A stretch of DNA of 64,000 nucleotides from Octopus sinensis (taxonomy: Eukaryota), in NCBI RefSeq assembly GCF_006345805.1, contig NC_042997.1:84568001-84632000 (forward strand), in the 5' to 3' direction. The notes beneath the pieces are model-generated. The model searched no databases. It had not been told where the DNA came from and saw only the letters and a list, made by a program, of their open reading frames with translations. How positions within the stretch are numbered: the first letter of the stretch is position 1; every line of letters starts with the position of its first letter. This document shows positions 50,935 through 64,000 of this stretch, piece by piece. A program made the position numbers and the translations under genes.

Positions 50935-51012
50935 TGGCAGAATAGTTAGCACTCCAGGCAGAATGCTTAGCGGCTGAACCCCAAAGATTCCGAGTTCGAT
51001 TCCGGGCAGTGA

Positions 51013-51089
<77 letters not shown>

Positions 51090-51102
51090 TAATAATAATA
51101 AC

Positions 51103-51161
<59 letters not shown>

Positions 51162-51350
51162 TAATAATAATAACAATAATAATAATAATAATAATAACAT
51201 CGAAAATTACCTTAGGAATGAGAACCCAAGTTCCAAATTTCCTCAAGATACCTGATGAAGGCTGGAAGGTATATCAGCTGAATCGTTGTGTTAACAACAA
51301 GCAAGATGAGGACAAATATCCGTCAAATGTAAATAATGTAAATAATGTAC
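50935..51350 (+). mobile_element. Composite element: tRNA-like head, (AAT)n tract, hammerhead-bearing pLTR-like tail
   Basis: Head TGGCAGAATAGTTAGC...GAGTTCGATTCCGGG (A and B boxes), (AAT)n, then the hammerhead at 51247-51292; upstream TTCCTAAGG is an inverted copy of CCTTAGGAA in the tail. Confidence 0.7.
51247..51292 (+). ncRNA. Minimal type I hammerhead motif, A15.1 mutated
   Basis: GATAC-CTGATGA-A-GGCTG-(10 nt)-CAGCT-GAATC-GTT-GTGTT: 5-bp helices I and II (with wobbles); GAAAC changed to GAATC. Confidence 0.7.
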
Positions 51351-52000
51351 TTAATAACTTTCCAGTTTATTTTGGCCGTGCCATGGAGGCAAACCTTTTG
51401 GACCAGTTCTACTGGACACTCTATTTTGATTTCCTATATATTCCTCTCGATGCTTTCTAATACCGTCTCCAAGGACCCAACAATAATTGGCACAATCTTC
51501 ACCTTCATTCACCTTCACTTTCCACAATCGAGCTATCTCGTATTTAAGAGTGTTGTATATGACTATTTTTCGACTTCCTTATTGACTATTCGTGGGTCAA
51601 AGAGGCACGCAACATCAATTACAGACCACATGCGGTTCACTTTACCCACCACCACTAGGCCCTGCTTGTTGTGCTCAAGCACCTCGTCTGTTTGGATTAG
51701 GAAATCCCATAGGATTTTGCAGATCTTCAACTCCACCACTCTCTGTAGTTTGTGCTCATACCTCGCATGCATCTCTCTAGCCCCCACTTTCCAAAAAGTT
51801 TCTAACTACCTCATTACGTCACCACAACTTCTATTAGTTTTGGGTAAGTCGAGGGCATTCGTTTTGGTAATGGTTTCGTCAGAGTGGGGTCACTTGCTCA
51901 TTCGTAAGGTTGACCCTCCAGTTTGTGGTCTTGTGCTGCCAGTTTCTTTTTCCAGTGTTCCTTTCTTCAACCAGTTCTATCTATGTTCTCCAGCAAATTC
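51345..52000 (-). mobile_element. R4/Dong-type LINE 3' fragment with RLE endonuclease
   Basis: KILWDFLIQTDEVLEHN...IDVACLFDPRIVNKEVEK...YEIARLWK, typical of the RLE region. Confidence 0.82.
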
Positions 52001-52014
52001 AGTTGTTGTAGTTG

Positions 52015-52077
<63 letters not shown>

Positions 52078-52269
52078 TATATTATTATTATTATTACTAT
52101 CATTATTATTATTATTATTTCTCGCTTAAAATGCAAGTTTGATGCGATCGCTTGCCGGGACACATCCAGTGCCCTAGGGTAAGTGGAGGCAAAAAAATGC
52201 TGAAATATAACTGAAAGCTTGGCGAGGAGAAATGAGGAGGGCAGTACAGAAATACATTTGTATAATACA

Positions 52270-52660
52270 ACAGAAGTATTTAAATTGATCGTTTTTCTTA
52301 GGATCTGGGCGGTTTCTTTGAGATATGGTTCTCCTGAGATGCTGTCAAGATATTTCTAACATGCTCTGTTTATCATACCTAGGGCACTTTTTTGCTTTAA
52401 GATGCTACATCATTTGCATTTCAATTTCCATGCCTTTATATTTACTAAGCTTGTCAAATTCTTTAATTGATATATTTTTATCAGTAGAGACATTTACATC
52501 GATCAGTTTACAAGTATTTTCTTCCCTTTATTTAATGACTATGTACGGTTGATTAACCTGGAATGTTCTGTCAGTGTTGACTGGAAAATCCCATAGTATA
52601 AGTGATATTTTCACTTCCAGCCGCTGGCTCAGGATAGTGTTCGTACCAGTTAGCAGGATT
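52270..52660 (-). mobile_element. R4/Dong-type LINE 3' fragment (second subfamily)
   Basis: ILWDFPVNTDRTFQVNQPYIVIK*REENTCKLIDV...KNISIKEFDKLSKYK. Confidence 0.8.
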
Positions 52661-52661
52661 A

Positions 52662-52723
<62 letters not shown>

Positions 52724-52754
52724 GTAGTTGTTGTTTTTGCTATGGTTGTTGTTG

Positions 52755-52945
52755 TAGAATCGTTAGCACGCCAGGCAAATTAATGAGCAATATTTCGCTT
52801 GTCTTTATGCTCTGACTTCAAATTCCGCCGCGGTCGACTTTGCCTTTCCTCCTTTCGGGGCGGATAATTTAAGTACCAGTGGATGTAATCGGCTTAACCC
52901 ATCAACAACAAAAAAGATTTCAGGCCTTGTGCCTATAGTAGAAAA
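52755..52945 (+). mobile_element. Family B SINE followed by (TAC)n
   Basis: GAATCGTTAGCACGCCAGGC...GGTCGACTTTGCCTTTCCTCCTTTCGGGG. Confidence 0.85.
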
Positions 52946-52959
52946 TACTACTACTACTA

Positions 52960-53021
<62 letters not shown>

Positions 53022-54088
53022 GCTACTACTACTACTGCTGCTGCTGTAGTTGTTGATAAAATAAATACGAGTGGAGCAATGAGTTCAAATGTAATCGACT
53101 AGCCTTTTCCCATTAAAATTTCAAGCCATCTGCCTGTAGTAGTAGTAGTAAAAGAAAGAAAACTATTATCATATCTTTTAACAAAATACGGAATGGACAG
53201 TTCTCGTATGTATTATTCATGGCTTCGATGAGTATTGTATATCAAATACAAATACACGCATACACACACGCGCGTGCACCTACATGAACCATGCATTCAC
53301 ATACACATACTCATATATCAAACACATTACTAAATTCATCACTGTGCTGAACATTTCGTGTGATATACCAAACATGTCGAACCTAGTGAAATCATCAGTT
53401 GTTTTTCGTAAACATTTAGTATTTCCATTGTGCTATTGTTGTTGTTTAGCTTCAGGCTAGGCGTTGTGAAATAGAGATAGAATCAATAAATGACACCCCG
53501 GCCATGTTTCGAATTTCGAGAGATTGTTTACCTTAGATTATATTAATCAGTATACATTTATTAAAAGATGCTTGCGTATGATTAGAAGGACGATCGAGTG
53601 TTATTTTTGGCAGTTGGAGCAACCGTGCGTAGATTCCTATAGGTTTTATATAAAGAAAAGTAAGTGTTAACCTTTGCTGTCTGTTGCAGTTGATGTACTT
53701 ACAATAATCTGTGTTCATTCTGCTCTTATCTCTCTGGTCGAGAGCCCAGTTACCTAACCCTCTTCTATAATCAGTTCGATTTCTGACGTGTATTTGAGTT
53801 TTGTTCTTTTCTTTTTTGTCAATTTGTCGTTTTACAAAAATTGTCTTTTAAGAAAAGTGGTCACTGTTTTTCAGTGCAGGAATCTCATTCCCCTCGCTCT
53901 ACTTACACCTTTCCCTTACACACATTTGACCTCTCTCTTCTCCCCGACTATCTTTCAATTTCTCCAAGTCTTTCCAGTTCTACAAACAAATTTTCCATTC
54001 TATTTCGCCAAAAATTCTTGATCGCATTAGTTTTATTCCATTATCTGTAATATAGCATCAATGATTGTCATTGCCAATAAGAGTACTT

Positions 54089-54153
<65 letters not shown>

Positions 54154-55569
54154 GTTTACATGTAAACATACACATACACATAGATAGTGATATATAAATA
54201 TATATGTATATAAACATACATATATGTGCATATGTATATGTGTGTTTGTGCGTGTGCATTTATGTATGACCCAAGTATCGGCCAGACCATCTTCATGTGT
54301 CAATTTCAAAATCTTGACTGCTTGTATTTCGTTAAATCTATGTGTGCATGTGTGAGTGTTTATCTGTCAGAGTATTAGGATGTACATATACGTGTATATG
54401 TGTGAGTGTGTGTGTGTGTTTGTGTCTGTGTGCGTATATGTATGTGTAAGTGTTTGTGTGTTTATGTGTGAATAATGGCCTTCTCTAAATGATGTCTACT
54501 GTTGTCTGACATGAAATAATTTGAAAGAAAATGGGACGGTCATACAAATCGATATGAGCAAATACTCGTACACACACCCTCACACCGTCGAACACACACC
54601 CTCACACCGTTACACACACACACGTATACGTACGCACGCACACAGAAACACACACACACAAACACACACACATGAATCCACATAAATACACCACCATAAA
54701 AAAAAGCAACGAACAAAAAAAAGTATAAAAAATATACGGAAATACTAACAACAATCTGTATGAAATAATAAATAACGTCTTAATTAGGAGGAGTTCTAGA
54801 TTGTTCATCAAAGAAGAATATGAAGATGTACTGGACGTGAAGGAAGAGATAGATAGAGAGAAACCGAGATTCACACACATATGCACACAAACAAAATGGC
54901 TTCGCAATGGCCGACATCAAAGGTTTATGGTTTTTGATCCCACTCATCGGATACAGACCAACTCTCCACCGCTGACTTGTAAACTGCAGCTATTCCGAAT
55001 TAAAAGGCTTTGCTTTTTGTTATTTGTTTGTATGTGTGTAATTTTATTTGTCTACTTTATTTCTTTTGCGGTTTTTCTTTTTTACTTGTTAGTTTTAAAT
55101 TTTATTTGACTTCTCTGTGAAGCTTCGTTGTATGTTTATATTCTGGCATTTACTATAGATTTTATTACTGATGAAATATATGAGTATGCATACAATATAC
55201 AATGTATGCACATAAATACAAACACATACGAACAATCAGGAAAACGTACAAGTGTGCCAATGTATATACAAACGAATGCGCACATACATGCACACACATA
55301 TGAACACTCACACACACATATATATAAATGCATATACAAATACATATGTATACGTATATACATGCATATAGATATATATATAAATATCTATCTATTTACA
55401 TACACATATATGTGTATGTATATGTGATATATATATATATATATATATATTATACACACACATATATATGATATGTGTGTGTGTATGTGTGTGGACGCGC
55501 ACGCCTATGTATGTATGTGCGTGAATATAAACGTGTGTATTCTGCATTGGTTTTATATTTTTTCAACAG

Positions 55570-55598
55570 ATCTGAATCCACGCTTTTGACTAAATCGA
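55570..55598 (+). CDS. Candidate micro-exon
   Basis: Strong acceptor TTTTATATTTTTTCAACAG, donor GTAAGA, open frame SESTLLTKS. Confidence 0.25.
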
Positions 55599-55601
55599 GT
55601 A

Positions 55602-55654
<53 letters not shown>

Positions 55655-56450
55655 AGATAGAGGGGGAGAAAGAAACAGATAGAGAGAGGCTGATGAGTCT
55701 TGAAGGAAGTAAATAGCTCGAGGAAACAATTGTCTAGCGGTGAATGTTGGCATGTATAACGCGAAATATGTATGTTTGAATGTATGACCCAAGAAGAATG
55801 ACTTCTGTCCATGACCTTGGTAAGACCTTCAAGATTAGTGAGTCAGGTACAGCTCATTTTCACATTGAGCATCTGTAAGTTAACGTCAAAGGGAAGATAG
55901 AATCCAGGGGGTGGACATTTCAGGAGAGGAGTGATTAAGAAGTGTTTAATTTTCAGAAACCTGGACTAAGAAATACTGGAGTTAAATAGCGAGGAGAGTG
56001 GAGTTGATGTTGGTCTACCTGGATTTTGTAGGGTTTGAGTAGGCCTCCATATGTAGTTGTTCTATGTTGGGTTGGAGCTGGTTAAAGAAACAGGTAATTG
56101 AAATGGAAGAAGAAGAGAGGAGACAGGGTGTCTGTGCGTGAAAGATCGTAGTGTGCTATTCTGTGAGTCATTGCACGGGAGTCGGGCGGCCATATTTTAC
56201 GTATATTTGCCTGTAAAGAGAACGAACAATTTGGAGTAAATGAAGGATTACTCAACAGAAAAATAAACTCATAATCAGAAAAATACATAAACACCCACCC
56301 ACACACTCATACACACACTACGACACACATAGACATACACGCACATGCATATATATATATACGTACCAACATATCTATACACACAAATACACACATATAT
56401 ACATGTACATTTATCTGTATATATATGTGTGTGTATGCATGAATGCATCA

Positions 56451-56548
<98 letters not shown>

Positions 56549-56661
56549 TGTATGTATGTATGTATGTATGTATGTATATATATATATACACATGCATGCA
56601 TACTTACACACATATATATATATACATATACGTTTAATTATATATATGTATATATATGTAT

Positions 56662-56692
<31 letters not shown>

Positions 56693-56728
56693 CATCTACA
56701 TATATATTTATATATATACACACACATA

Positions 56729-57513
56729 CAGGGTGCGATGGGTAAATTGCAACCATTTTATATTATTAATTTTGCGCATGCGCATCGTTTATTTGTTGAC
56801 TACACAGTTTGATAGGGTCAGCTAGGCACCATCTGTGAGAAAAACAGCACCACAAAGCAATTGACTCAGACAGAAATTTGGAAATGACATGCTGTAATGC
56901 TTGGAATTCATGTGAGAAACTCCAATACGAACATTTCAGAGTATTTGGGTGACAATCTGAAGACATGTACCGAGAGTCAAACATCCAAGTCAATATCATT
57001 AACATCCAGTCAAAATCAAACATCTAAGTCAATACCATGGTGATGGCGACATTATGCCTCCATTCGTCTTTCTACACGCCCTCAGACCCTACATCAAGTG
57101 CCTGGAGGAGAGAGTGCTGCCCTAGTGCTGCCCTGGGTCAAGGGAGTGGCTGTTGGAAGACTCTATGTCAGGACTCTGCAACTTGCTGTCAGACAATTTC
57201 ACATCATCCTTAACATCTGGCTACCTAACTCCCCAGACTCCAGTCCCCTTGAATATTATGTGTGGGGTGCACTTGAGCGAGAGATCAACAAAACTGCTTC
57301 AAACAGCAAAGTTGAACTGAAAGCAAAAATTATGGCAGCATTCACCAACTTAAACTCCAGAAGAGTTGCAGGAGATTCCGAAATTATCTTGAGGCCGTGG
57401 TTGAAGTCAATGGTGATTTTATTGAAAAAATTTACTCTTTAGTTTTATAATGAAATGTCAGTGTTATTTTCATTTGTGCGTAATTTAGACGACAGTTTAT
57501 TCAAGGCGCCCTG
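56729..57513 (+). mobile_element. maT-like transposon, internally deleted copy
   Basis: TIRs CAGGGTGCGATGGGTAAA / TTTATTCAAGGCGCCCTG with TA; WLPNSPDSSPLEYYVWGALERE; same family as 37403-38681. Confidence 0.88.
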
Positions 57514-57515
57514 TA

Positions 57516-57586
<71 letters not shown>

Positions 57587-58132
57587 CAACTACGGTAGTA
57601 GTTGAATAATATTCTGAAGGCCACAATTCACTCACACGCAGCATTTTTCAGAGCTTGTCGCTAATTCAGTTCTTAACCAAATGGAACACCTTTATCATTT
57701 TTGAAGAGGACTGGTTCCTAGCTACATTTTGTCATAAAAATTGAGATTTGATTCAGTATAAAAATAATTTACATAAAAATATGTAGCAATGTTATAACGC
57801 CACCAAGCAAGTTTAGATCTAAATAACATTTTTTTTATTTTAAAAGCAAAACTTATTTATCTTAGCTTCAATGATAGAAGAAAGTGTGGTCCCATGCAAC
57901 AAAAATTTGTATCATAAAAGTTGTGAGATAAAATATTATGAAAAAATTTAAGGTAAAAATTTGGATTTAAGTTGATTTTACCTTCTTCACTTTAAAAACA
58001 AGCTATATTTTAATTAAGCTTAAATGATAGATCTAAATTGAGGAATTTCATGGTATCAATCTTATGCAATGACGTTTTAAAAGAAAAACGTTGTGAGTGT
58101 TTGTTTCTCAAATTTGAGGGTGATAATATATA

Positions 58133-59391
58133 CAGGGCTTGGAGAAAAAATAGAAACACCTAGCATCATAGCATCATAATTTTGAAATAGCCAAAAATAA
58201 AAGCATCAAAAGCTTGTTTGTTTTTGATTTATTATTAATGTTGCTTAATGCTTTGCTAAAATTGCTGTTTCTTTTCATATATCATCAGAAAAAGGTAATT
58301 AAAATTCTTTAAAATGACAGATCTAACGGACTTTAGAGGTGAAATTGTTGGTGCTCATATGGCAGGTGCTAGCGTAACGAAAAAAGCCGAAAAGTTTGGT
58401 GTATCAAGAAGTAGTGTCTTGAAAGTAATGACAGCCCTTGAGAAAGAGGAAAAAATCTCCTCATCGAAACAAAACTCAGGAAGAAACCCAAAACTTTCGG
58501 ATAGGGACTGTCGGACTCTTACACGAATTGTTAGAAAGGATCACAAAAGTACAGCACCCAAAATTACTGCAGAGCTGAATGACCACCTCGAGAACCCAGT
58601 TTCCACAAAATCTATTTGCCGGGAGCTGCACAAAGCCGGATTTTTGCGGAAGGGCTGCAATAAAAAAAACACTACTTTCAAAAGCAAACGTTGCAAAGCG
58701 TTTATAGTGGAGTAAAAGCCTACAGAATTGCTCCCTAGAGCAGTGGAAGAATGTTATTTTCTTGGACAAGTCATCCTTTACCTTATCCGCCCACCGGCCG
58801 AGTTAACGTGTGGAGACAGCCGAAAGAAGCATTTGACCCAGACTGCCTTCTTCCAATAGTTAAACATGGAGGAGGATCTGTGATAATCTGGTGGGCTGTA
58901 TCTTGGTAATCCACCGGTCCAAAGATTCCCCTTCATGGCAGAATTAATAGTCAAAACTATTTAAGTAATTTATCTGATGAAATTCATGCTATGACTGCGG
59001 AACTGTTTCCGGAGGAAACGCAATCTTTCAGGATGATAATGAACAACTTCACACAACTAAAGTTGTTACTGAATGGCACAAGGACCATTCTAGCGGAGTT
59101 GAACATCTTATTTGACCACTACAGTTCCTAGATCTCAATATTATTGAATATCTATGGTGTATTTTAGAAAAACGAATATAGATTCGATATCCTTCACTAT
59201 CATCACTACAAGAACTGGTGACTGTTTTAGCCGAAGAATAGACAAAAATTACTTTGGAAACAATTCAAATTTGTACGAGTCCATACCTCATAGAATTAAA
59301 GTTGTAATTACTGCCAAAGGCGGTCCTACTCCATATTAAAATTAATTTGTTTGAAATTTTAAGGTATTTCTATTATTTTGTCCAATCGCTG
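58133..59391 (+). mobile_element. Tc1-like transposon, full length, pseudogenised transposase (58314-59339)
   Basis: TA-flanked ~30-bp TIRs CAGGGCTTGGAGAAAAAATAGAAACACCT; paired-like HTH in ORF 58314-58715; VKHGGGSVIIW; FQDDN; PDLNIIEYLW; ends KGGPTPY*. Confidence 0.93.
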
Positions 59392-59564
59392 TAGTTCTAT
59401 ACATTTTTATGAATATTGTTCCTGGGGACTTTCTATATATGTCATTGGCATCATTGAGATAAGGAAAACATTTTCAATGACATCGCTAAATGACACATTT
59501 GACACATTAATTAGCATAATAGCATACCTTGGAAAAAATCCATGGATTACATGGGAAAATGCGA

Positions 59565-60410
59565 ACAAGAGAAATAATAGCCCTAAGATTATAATTCTGG
59601 AAAATTACAGGAGAAGTTACTTGGAAAAGTTCAGGACATGTTATTACATCTGGTAAAGTACAGAACAAGAAACTTTTTACTTAACATATTGCAGCTAAGG
59701 ATAAAATTTAAATATTAAAAATTATTTGATTTTAATTTACTAAGTAACATTATAATTAAAGAAGGTACCATCATTTTGTTAAAATATTGACACACTAGAA
59801 CATTTCAAAAATGAGAGCCAGTATAGCTAGTACCAATTTAGCTAAAGTTTTATGCAAAGTAGAATAGTATGCATGGTAGGCAAATTCATTATGTAAAAAA
59901 ATAGGCATTGTTCAAGACTGAAAATGTGAAGACTTGCCAATACCTTAGGCAATAACTCAGGCAAATTTTACTGTGAATTTGTTGTTATAGGTAGATTTTA
60001 CTGTAACATATAACTAATTTTTGTATTATTCTATTTATTGTACTAATAATGTACTACTATTATTTTTATAATCTATTTTCAAATTTACAATTATTAATTA
60101 ATAATTGAAAAAATGAAATTTTTTAAAGAGCCGAAAATATTTTAATTGAGCTATTTTAAAATTTTTTTATAGAATAAACAAGTAATAACAAATAAAAGTA
60201 ATAACTTGTAATGAAATTTTTAGTTTAAATAAAACCTATTATTTTCTAAACCTACATATTTTATTTGAAATTTTATCGTTAGCTGCAATATTTTAAGTAA
60301 AAAGTTTTTTGTTCTGTACTTTACCAGCCAGATGTAATAAGTTCTGAACTTGTCCCGTAATTTTTCAGGTTTATAATCTTAAGAATATTATTTCTCTTCT
60401 TCGCATCAAC
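59565..60410. mobile_element. Fold-back / MITE-like element, ~150-bp imperfect arms
   Basis: 59565-59715 is the reverse complement of 60250-60410; AT-rich non-coding spacer. Confidence 0.55.
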
Positions 60411-60529
60411 GTCATGGCTTTGAAAGTGCAGCCAGTTAAGGGACTATCATTACCATGACCTAGTTTTATCTCAGAGTGTCCTTCTCCTAGAAGAGTTGTC
60501 TTCACCATGACTATGTCAGGTCGCTCTTG

Positions 60530-60715
60530 AGCGCTACAGGTAACATGTTACTCAGTACAACTTGTCGCATAGTCGGCTCGTTGGCGACTAAACTGGCAAT
60601 CCCACCAAGGTTACTTGGGAAGGAGGGTGAATGCTGGACACTCTGCAGGACAAAAATAAGACCTGTCAAAGGGCGGAAGAAATAATGTGTAGTCAACGGT
60701 CATCCAGCATTATGT
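60530..60715 (+). mobile_element. Second copy of the RTE-like 5' UTR element
   Basis: GGTAACATGTTACTCAGTACAAC...GGCGACTAAACTGGCAATCCC...CCTGTCAAAGGGCGG matches the reverse complement of 18060-18237. Confidence 0.7.
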
Positions 60716-61124
60716 GTACATGGGTGTATGAGTATGTGTGTGTTTGTGTGTGCGCATGTGTGTGTATATTTGTATGTATATATATATATATTCATTTTTA
60801 TATATCTCTTTAGATTTTTTAAATATATTTTTTCATATATTTATTTATCTTTTATATACTTATATATATTTATATCTCGATTCTATTTTACTTATAGTTT
60901 TAATTGTGAATTTATTTTTTTATCTATCTACGTATTTATTTATTTTTATAAATAAAAAAACATTTTAAAATTGACATGAAATGTAACTGAGGAAGTTTAA
61001 GAAGTTAACACTCCTCCCTCTACTTCTCAAGTACGAGGCTCACAATGAAGGAGGGATGCTAGAGGTGTGAAATCTTGTATGCTTTAAATTCATCTCTTCT
61101 AATAACTGTATTGTTTCCTTCCAG

Positions 61125-61160
61125 GTAAACTGACATCTGACATAAAAGAAAACTTCAAAA
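61125..61160 (+). CDS. Candidate 36-nt micro-exon
   Basis: Acceptor TGTATTGTTTCCTTCCAG, weak donor GTAACT, open frame KLTSDIKENFK. Confidence 0.15.
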
Positions 61161-61299
61161 GTAACTAATAGTGACTTCTATTGAAAATGGATAAAATTTG
61201 GCACCATGGTGTTATCAAGTACCTACAGAAATATAGTTTAGTCCCCAAGGGCTAGCAATTCCGCTACCCCGCCTGGTTAACAACAACAACAACAACAAC

Positions 61300-61530
61300 C
61301 ACAATAATAATAATGGTTTCAACTTTTGCCACAAGGGCAGCAATTTTAGGGGAGGGGATGAGTCGATTACATCGATCTCAGTGTTCAACTGGTACTTATT
61401 ATATCGAATTGGAAAGGATAAAAGACAAAGTCGACATCGATAGGATTTGAACTCAGAAGTTAGCGACGGGCGAAATACCGCCAAGCATTTCGTCCAGCGC
61501 GCTAACGATTCTGCCAAATCACCTCCTTAA
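61300..61530 (-). mobile_element. Family B SINE
   Basis: Reverse complement of the family B sequence with an (AAC/AAT)n tail. Confidence 0.88.
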
Positions 61531-61723
61531 CAACAACAACGACAACAATAATGATACTTTCTTTATTGGCCACAGGGGTCTCAAAAACGAAGTACAGTGT
61601 TACATAAAAACCATGAATTCTCATGCCAGCTCTGATAGATCAGACGTGTTCATACGTGTCCTAGCTGCACCATTACACTCTTTGTTTACATACATAGTGT
61701 ATATAATATTACATTATCCAATG

Positions 61724-61905
61724 AAGGCGACGATCTGGCAGAATCGTTATCACAGCGTTTTTATGCCCTAAGTACAAATTCCGCCGTGGTCGAATTTGCC
61801 TTTCATCGGTTTCGAGCTTGATAAAATAAATACCTGTTGAGTACTGGGGTCGATGTAATTGACTCCTTCCCCAAAATTGCTGGCCTTGTGTCAAAATTTA
61901 AACAA
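61724..61905 (+). mobile_element. Family B SINE with head deletion
   Basis: GGCGACGATCTGGCAGAATCGTTA...GTACTGGGGTCGATGTAATTGAC. Confidence 0.85.
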
Positions 61906-61920
61906 ATATATTGTCCAATT

Positions 61921-62150
61921 AAGGCGGCGAGCAGGCAGAATCGTTCGCACACCGGTTAAAATGCTTAGCAGCATTTTCTTCGTCTTTACGATCAGATTCC
62001 AAAATTCCGTCGAAGTTGACATTGCTTTTCATCCCTCTCGGAGTCGATAAAAAATAGATACCAGTCAAGCAATGGGGTCAATGTAATCGACGTAAGCCCT
62101 TCCCCGGAATTGCTTGCCTTGTGTCAAGATTTGAAACAAATATTACATTA
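61921..62150 (+). mobile_element. Family B SINE, full length
   Basis: GGCGGCGAGCAGGCAGAATCGTTCGCAC...GGGGTCAATGTAATCGAC. Confidence 0.9.
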
Positions 62151-62449
62151 TCCAGTGTATCCATCCTTCTTTCCTTCCTCTAAAGTAGAAGAATAGATTT
62201 TATTTCTAACAGTTCACATAGTCTTCTGCGTGGCCACACGAACTGTTACAAACAAACCTCAGGCTACTGCCTGGCAAGTTATGGGCTTTTTATAATCGTT
62301 GGAACAGAAATATGACATAAACAATTTCTATAAATAATTCAATGCAATTTAATAACATACTGAACTATACACTATTAGAACTAGAATAATAAATATTGTA
62401 TAAAACTAAAATAGTATACCCGTAAGACTGAACGGTATTTATATATATA

Positions 62450-63703
62450 TCAGGTCATTCCATAAGTTCTGTCCGAATTTTGAATAATGAAAACAAGAGA
62501 ACAAATGTTATATTTAATTGAAATCTAATCATCAATGTATTTTACCTGATTATCTTTGACTTCCTTCCGTCTACTTACAAGCTTTTTAATCCCATCAATG
62601 TAAAACTCTTTTGGTTTCAAAGCGAAGGACTCTGAAGTGTCAGTTTTGACCCCCTCCTGGCTTGCGAAAGTTAGGCGCCCCAAATGATTCTGTAAACTAC
62701 GAAACAAATGGTAGATGAAGGAACAAGGTCGGGAGAATAAGGTGAATGAGGAATTTTTTCCCAACCAAGCTCTTCGATCTTCTGTGATGTGATCTTCGTA
62801 GTGTGAGGTCGCGTATTATCTCGATGAAACATCACTCCTTTCGATTCAATAAAGCGGGTCTTTTTTCTTCAAAGCTTGGTTCAAATGCTCTAATTGCTGA
62901 CAGCAGACTTGAGCATTGATTGTTGCATTAGGTGGTAACAATTCAAAGTGAATTACTCCTTTGCAATCCCACTAGATTGAGAGAAGAAGCTTTTTTCCAT
63001 GAAGTTCCATTTTCGGTTGTGCTTGAGCTTTTTTCCCTTTTACCAAGCCACTGTTTACGACGTTTAACATTTCGATAGAAGATCAACTTTTCGTCACCAG
63101 TCACAGGTCTATCCAAAAAGGGTGAAATAAGTTTGCGAGAATGGAGAGAAGAGCAGAGCAGATGTTAACTCGGGATTTGCGGTTGGTTTCGGACAGTTCA
63201 TGAGACACCGATTTTCCAAGTTTAGGAACCTTTCCAAGTTGTTGAAGATGACGATGAACAGTTGTATGGTTTGAACTAAGCTTTATTCCCAATTTTTCAA
63301 CTGATAATGCAGGATTTTCTTCAAGTAATGCTTCAAAGTGCTTATCATCAAACTCAACTTGACGTCCAGTTCGATCTTCATCTTCAAGGCTGAAATCACC
63401 ACTTCTGAATTTTGCAAACCATCTTCTGCAAGTTCTTTCATTTAAGCATTCTTTCCCATAAACTGAGTGTATGTTTCGAGACGCTTCGGCTGCAGAGTAT
63501 TATGAGCCACAAATGCTCTTTCCATGATAGAAAGGGTTTTGATCAAAGAAATTTTAATTATTCTGTAAAATAATATTTAATTAGTTTAAATGTATACAAA
63601 TGCATAAAATTAATTTTTAATTCCATTAGACATTCTAAAATACTATTAAATTTCATTCAATTTTAAAAAAGGTAAAATCGGACAGAACTTATGGGATGAC
63701 CTG

Positions 63704-63704
<1 letters not shown>
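62450..63704 (-). mobile_element. mariner transposon, both TIRs present, pseudogenised
   Basis: TA-flanked TIRs TCAGGTCAT(T/C)CCATAAGTTCTGTCCGA; VTGDEK, HRDNTRPH, YHLFRSLQNHL motifs; N-terminal deletion and frameshifts. Confidence 0.95.
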
Positions 63705-63784
<80 letters not shown>

Positions 63785-63791
63785 GACAGAC

Positions 63792-63881
<90 letters not shown>

Positions 63882-63933
63882 GTGTGGAATTGGCTTTACG
63901 AATACAAGTTATATTATCGACTTCCTTAAAATA

Positions 63934-64000
63934 TTAGGTTGTCCCAAAAGTTCGTAAACACTTGCGAAAATTGAATTTTTATTCGCCAAGTACTAACAAA
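63934..64000 (+). mobile_element. Possible end of another mariner-like element
   Basis: TA + TTAGGTTGTCCCAAAAG resembles a mariner-type TIR start; truncated by the window edge. Confidence 0.35.

Noticed and set aside
54801-55109. 102-aa ORF with a Kozak-like CAAAATGG nearby
   Set aside because: No recognisable homology; the ATG frames close within 14-22 codons

Overview
Eukaryotic, AT-rich, microsatellite-dense intronic or intergenic DNA. The two dominant tRNA-derived SINE families look like the OK/OR-type SINEs of octopus, so the source is probably an octopod cephalopod (inference from family recognition, no database search run). No host protein-coding gene can be supported with confidence; most ORFs in the track are microsatellite artefacts or decayed transposon fragments. 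The window is a transposon graveyard: mariner (2 copies plus an end), Tc1 (2), maT-like DD37D (2), a MULE 3' end, a non-autonomous Helitron, MITE-like hairpins, an internally deleted Gypsy element, RTE and R4/Dong-type LINE fragments, a 5S rRNA pseudogene and a 100-N gap. The most notable signal is a dense set of Penelope-like element (PLE) remnants and non-coding derivatives with inverted or partial-tandem ends, carrying about ten minimal type I hammerhead ribozyme (HHR) motifs from several sequence families. These include a retrozyme-like 475-bp unit (48.0-48.6 kb), two facing HHRs at 31.6-31.9 kb and a tRNA-headed HHR-bearing SINE-like element (50.9-51.3 kb). Several long fold-back repeats could form dsRNA. 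All folds and translations were done by eye and ribozyme activity is untested.
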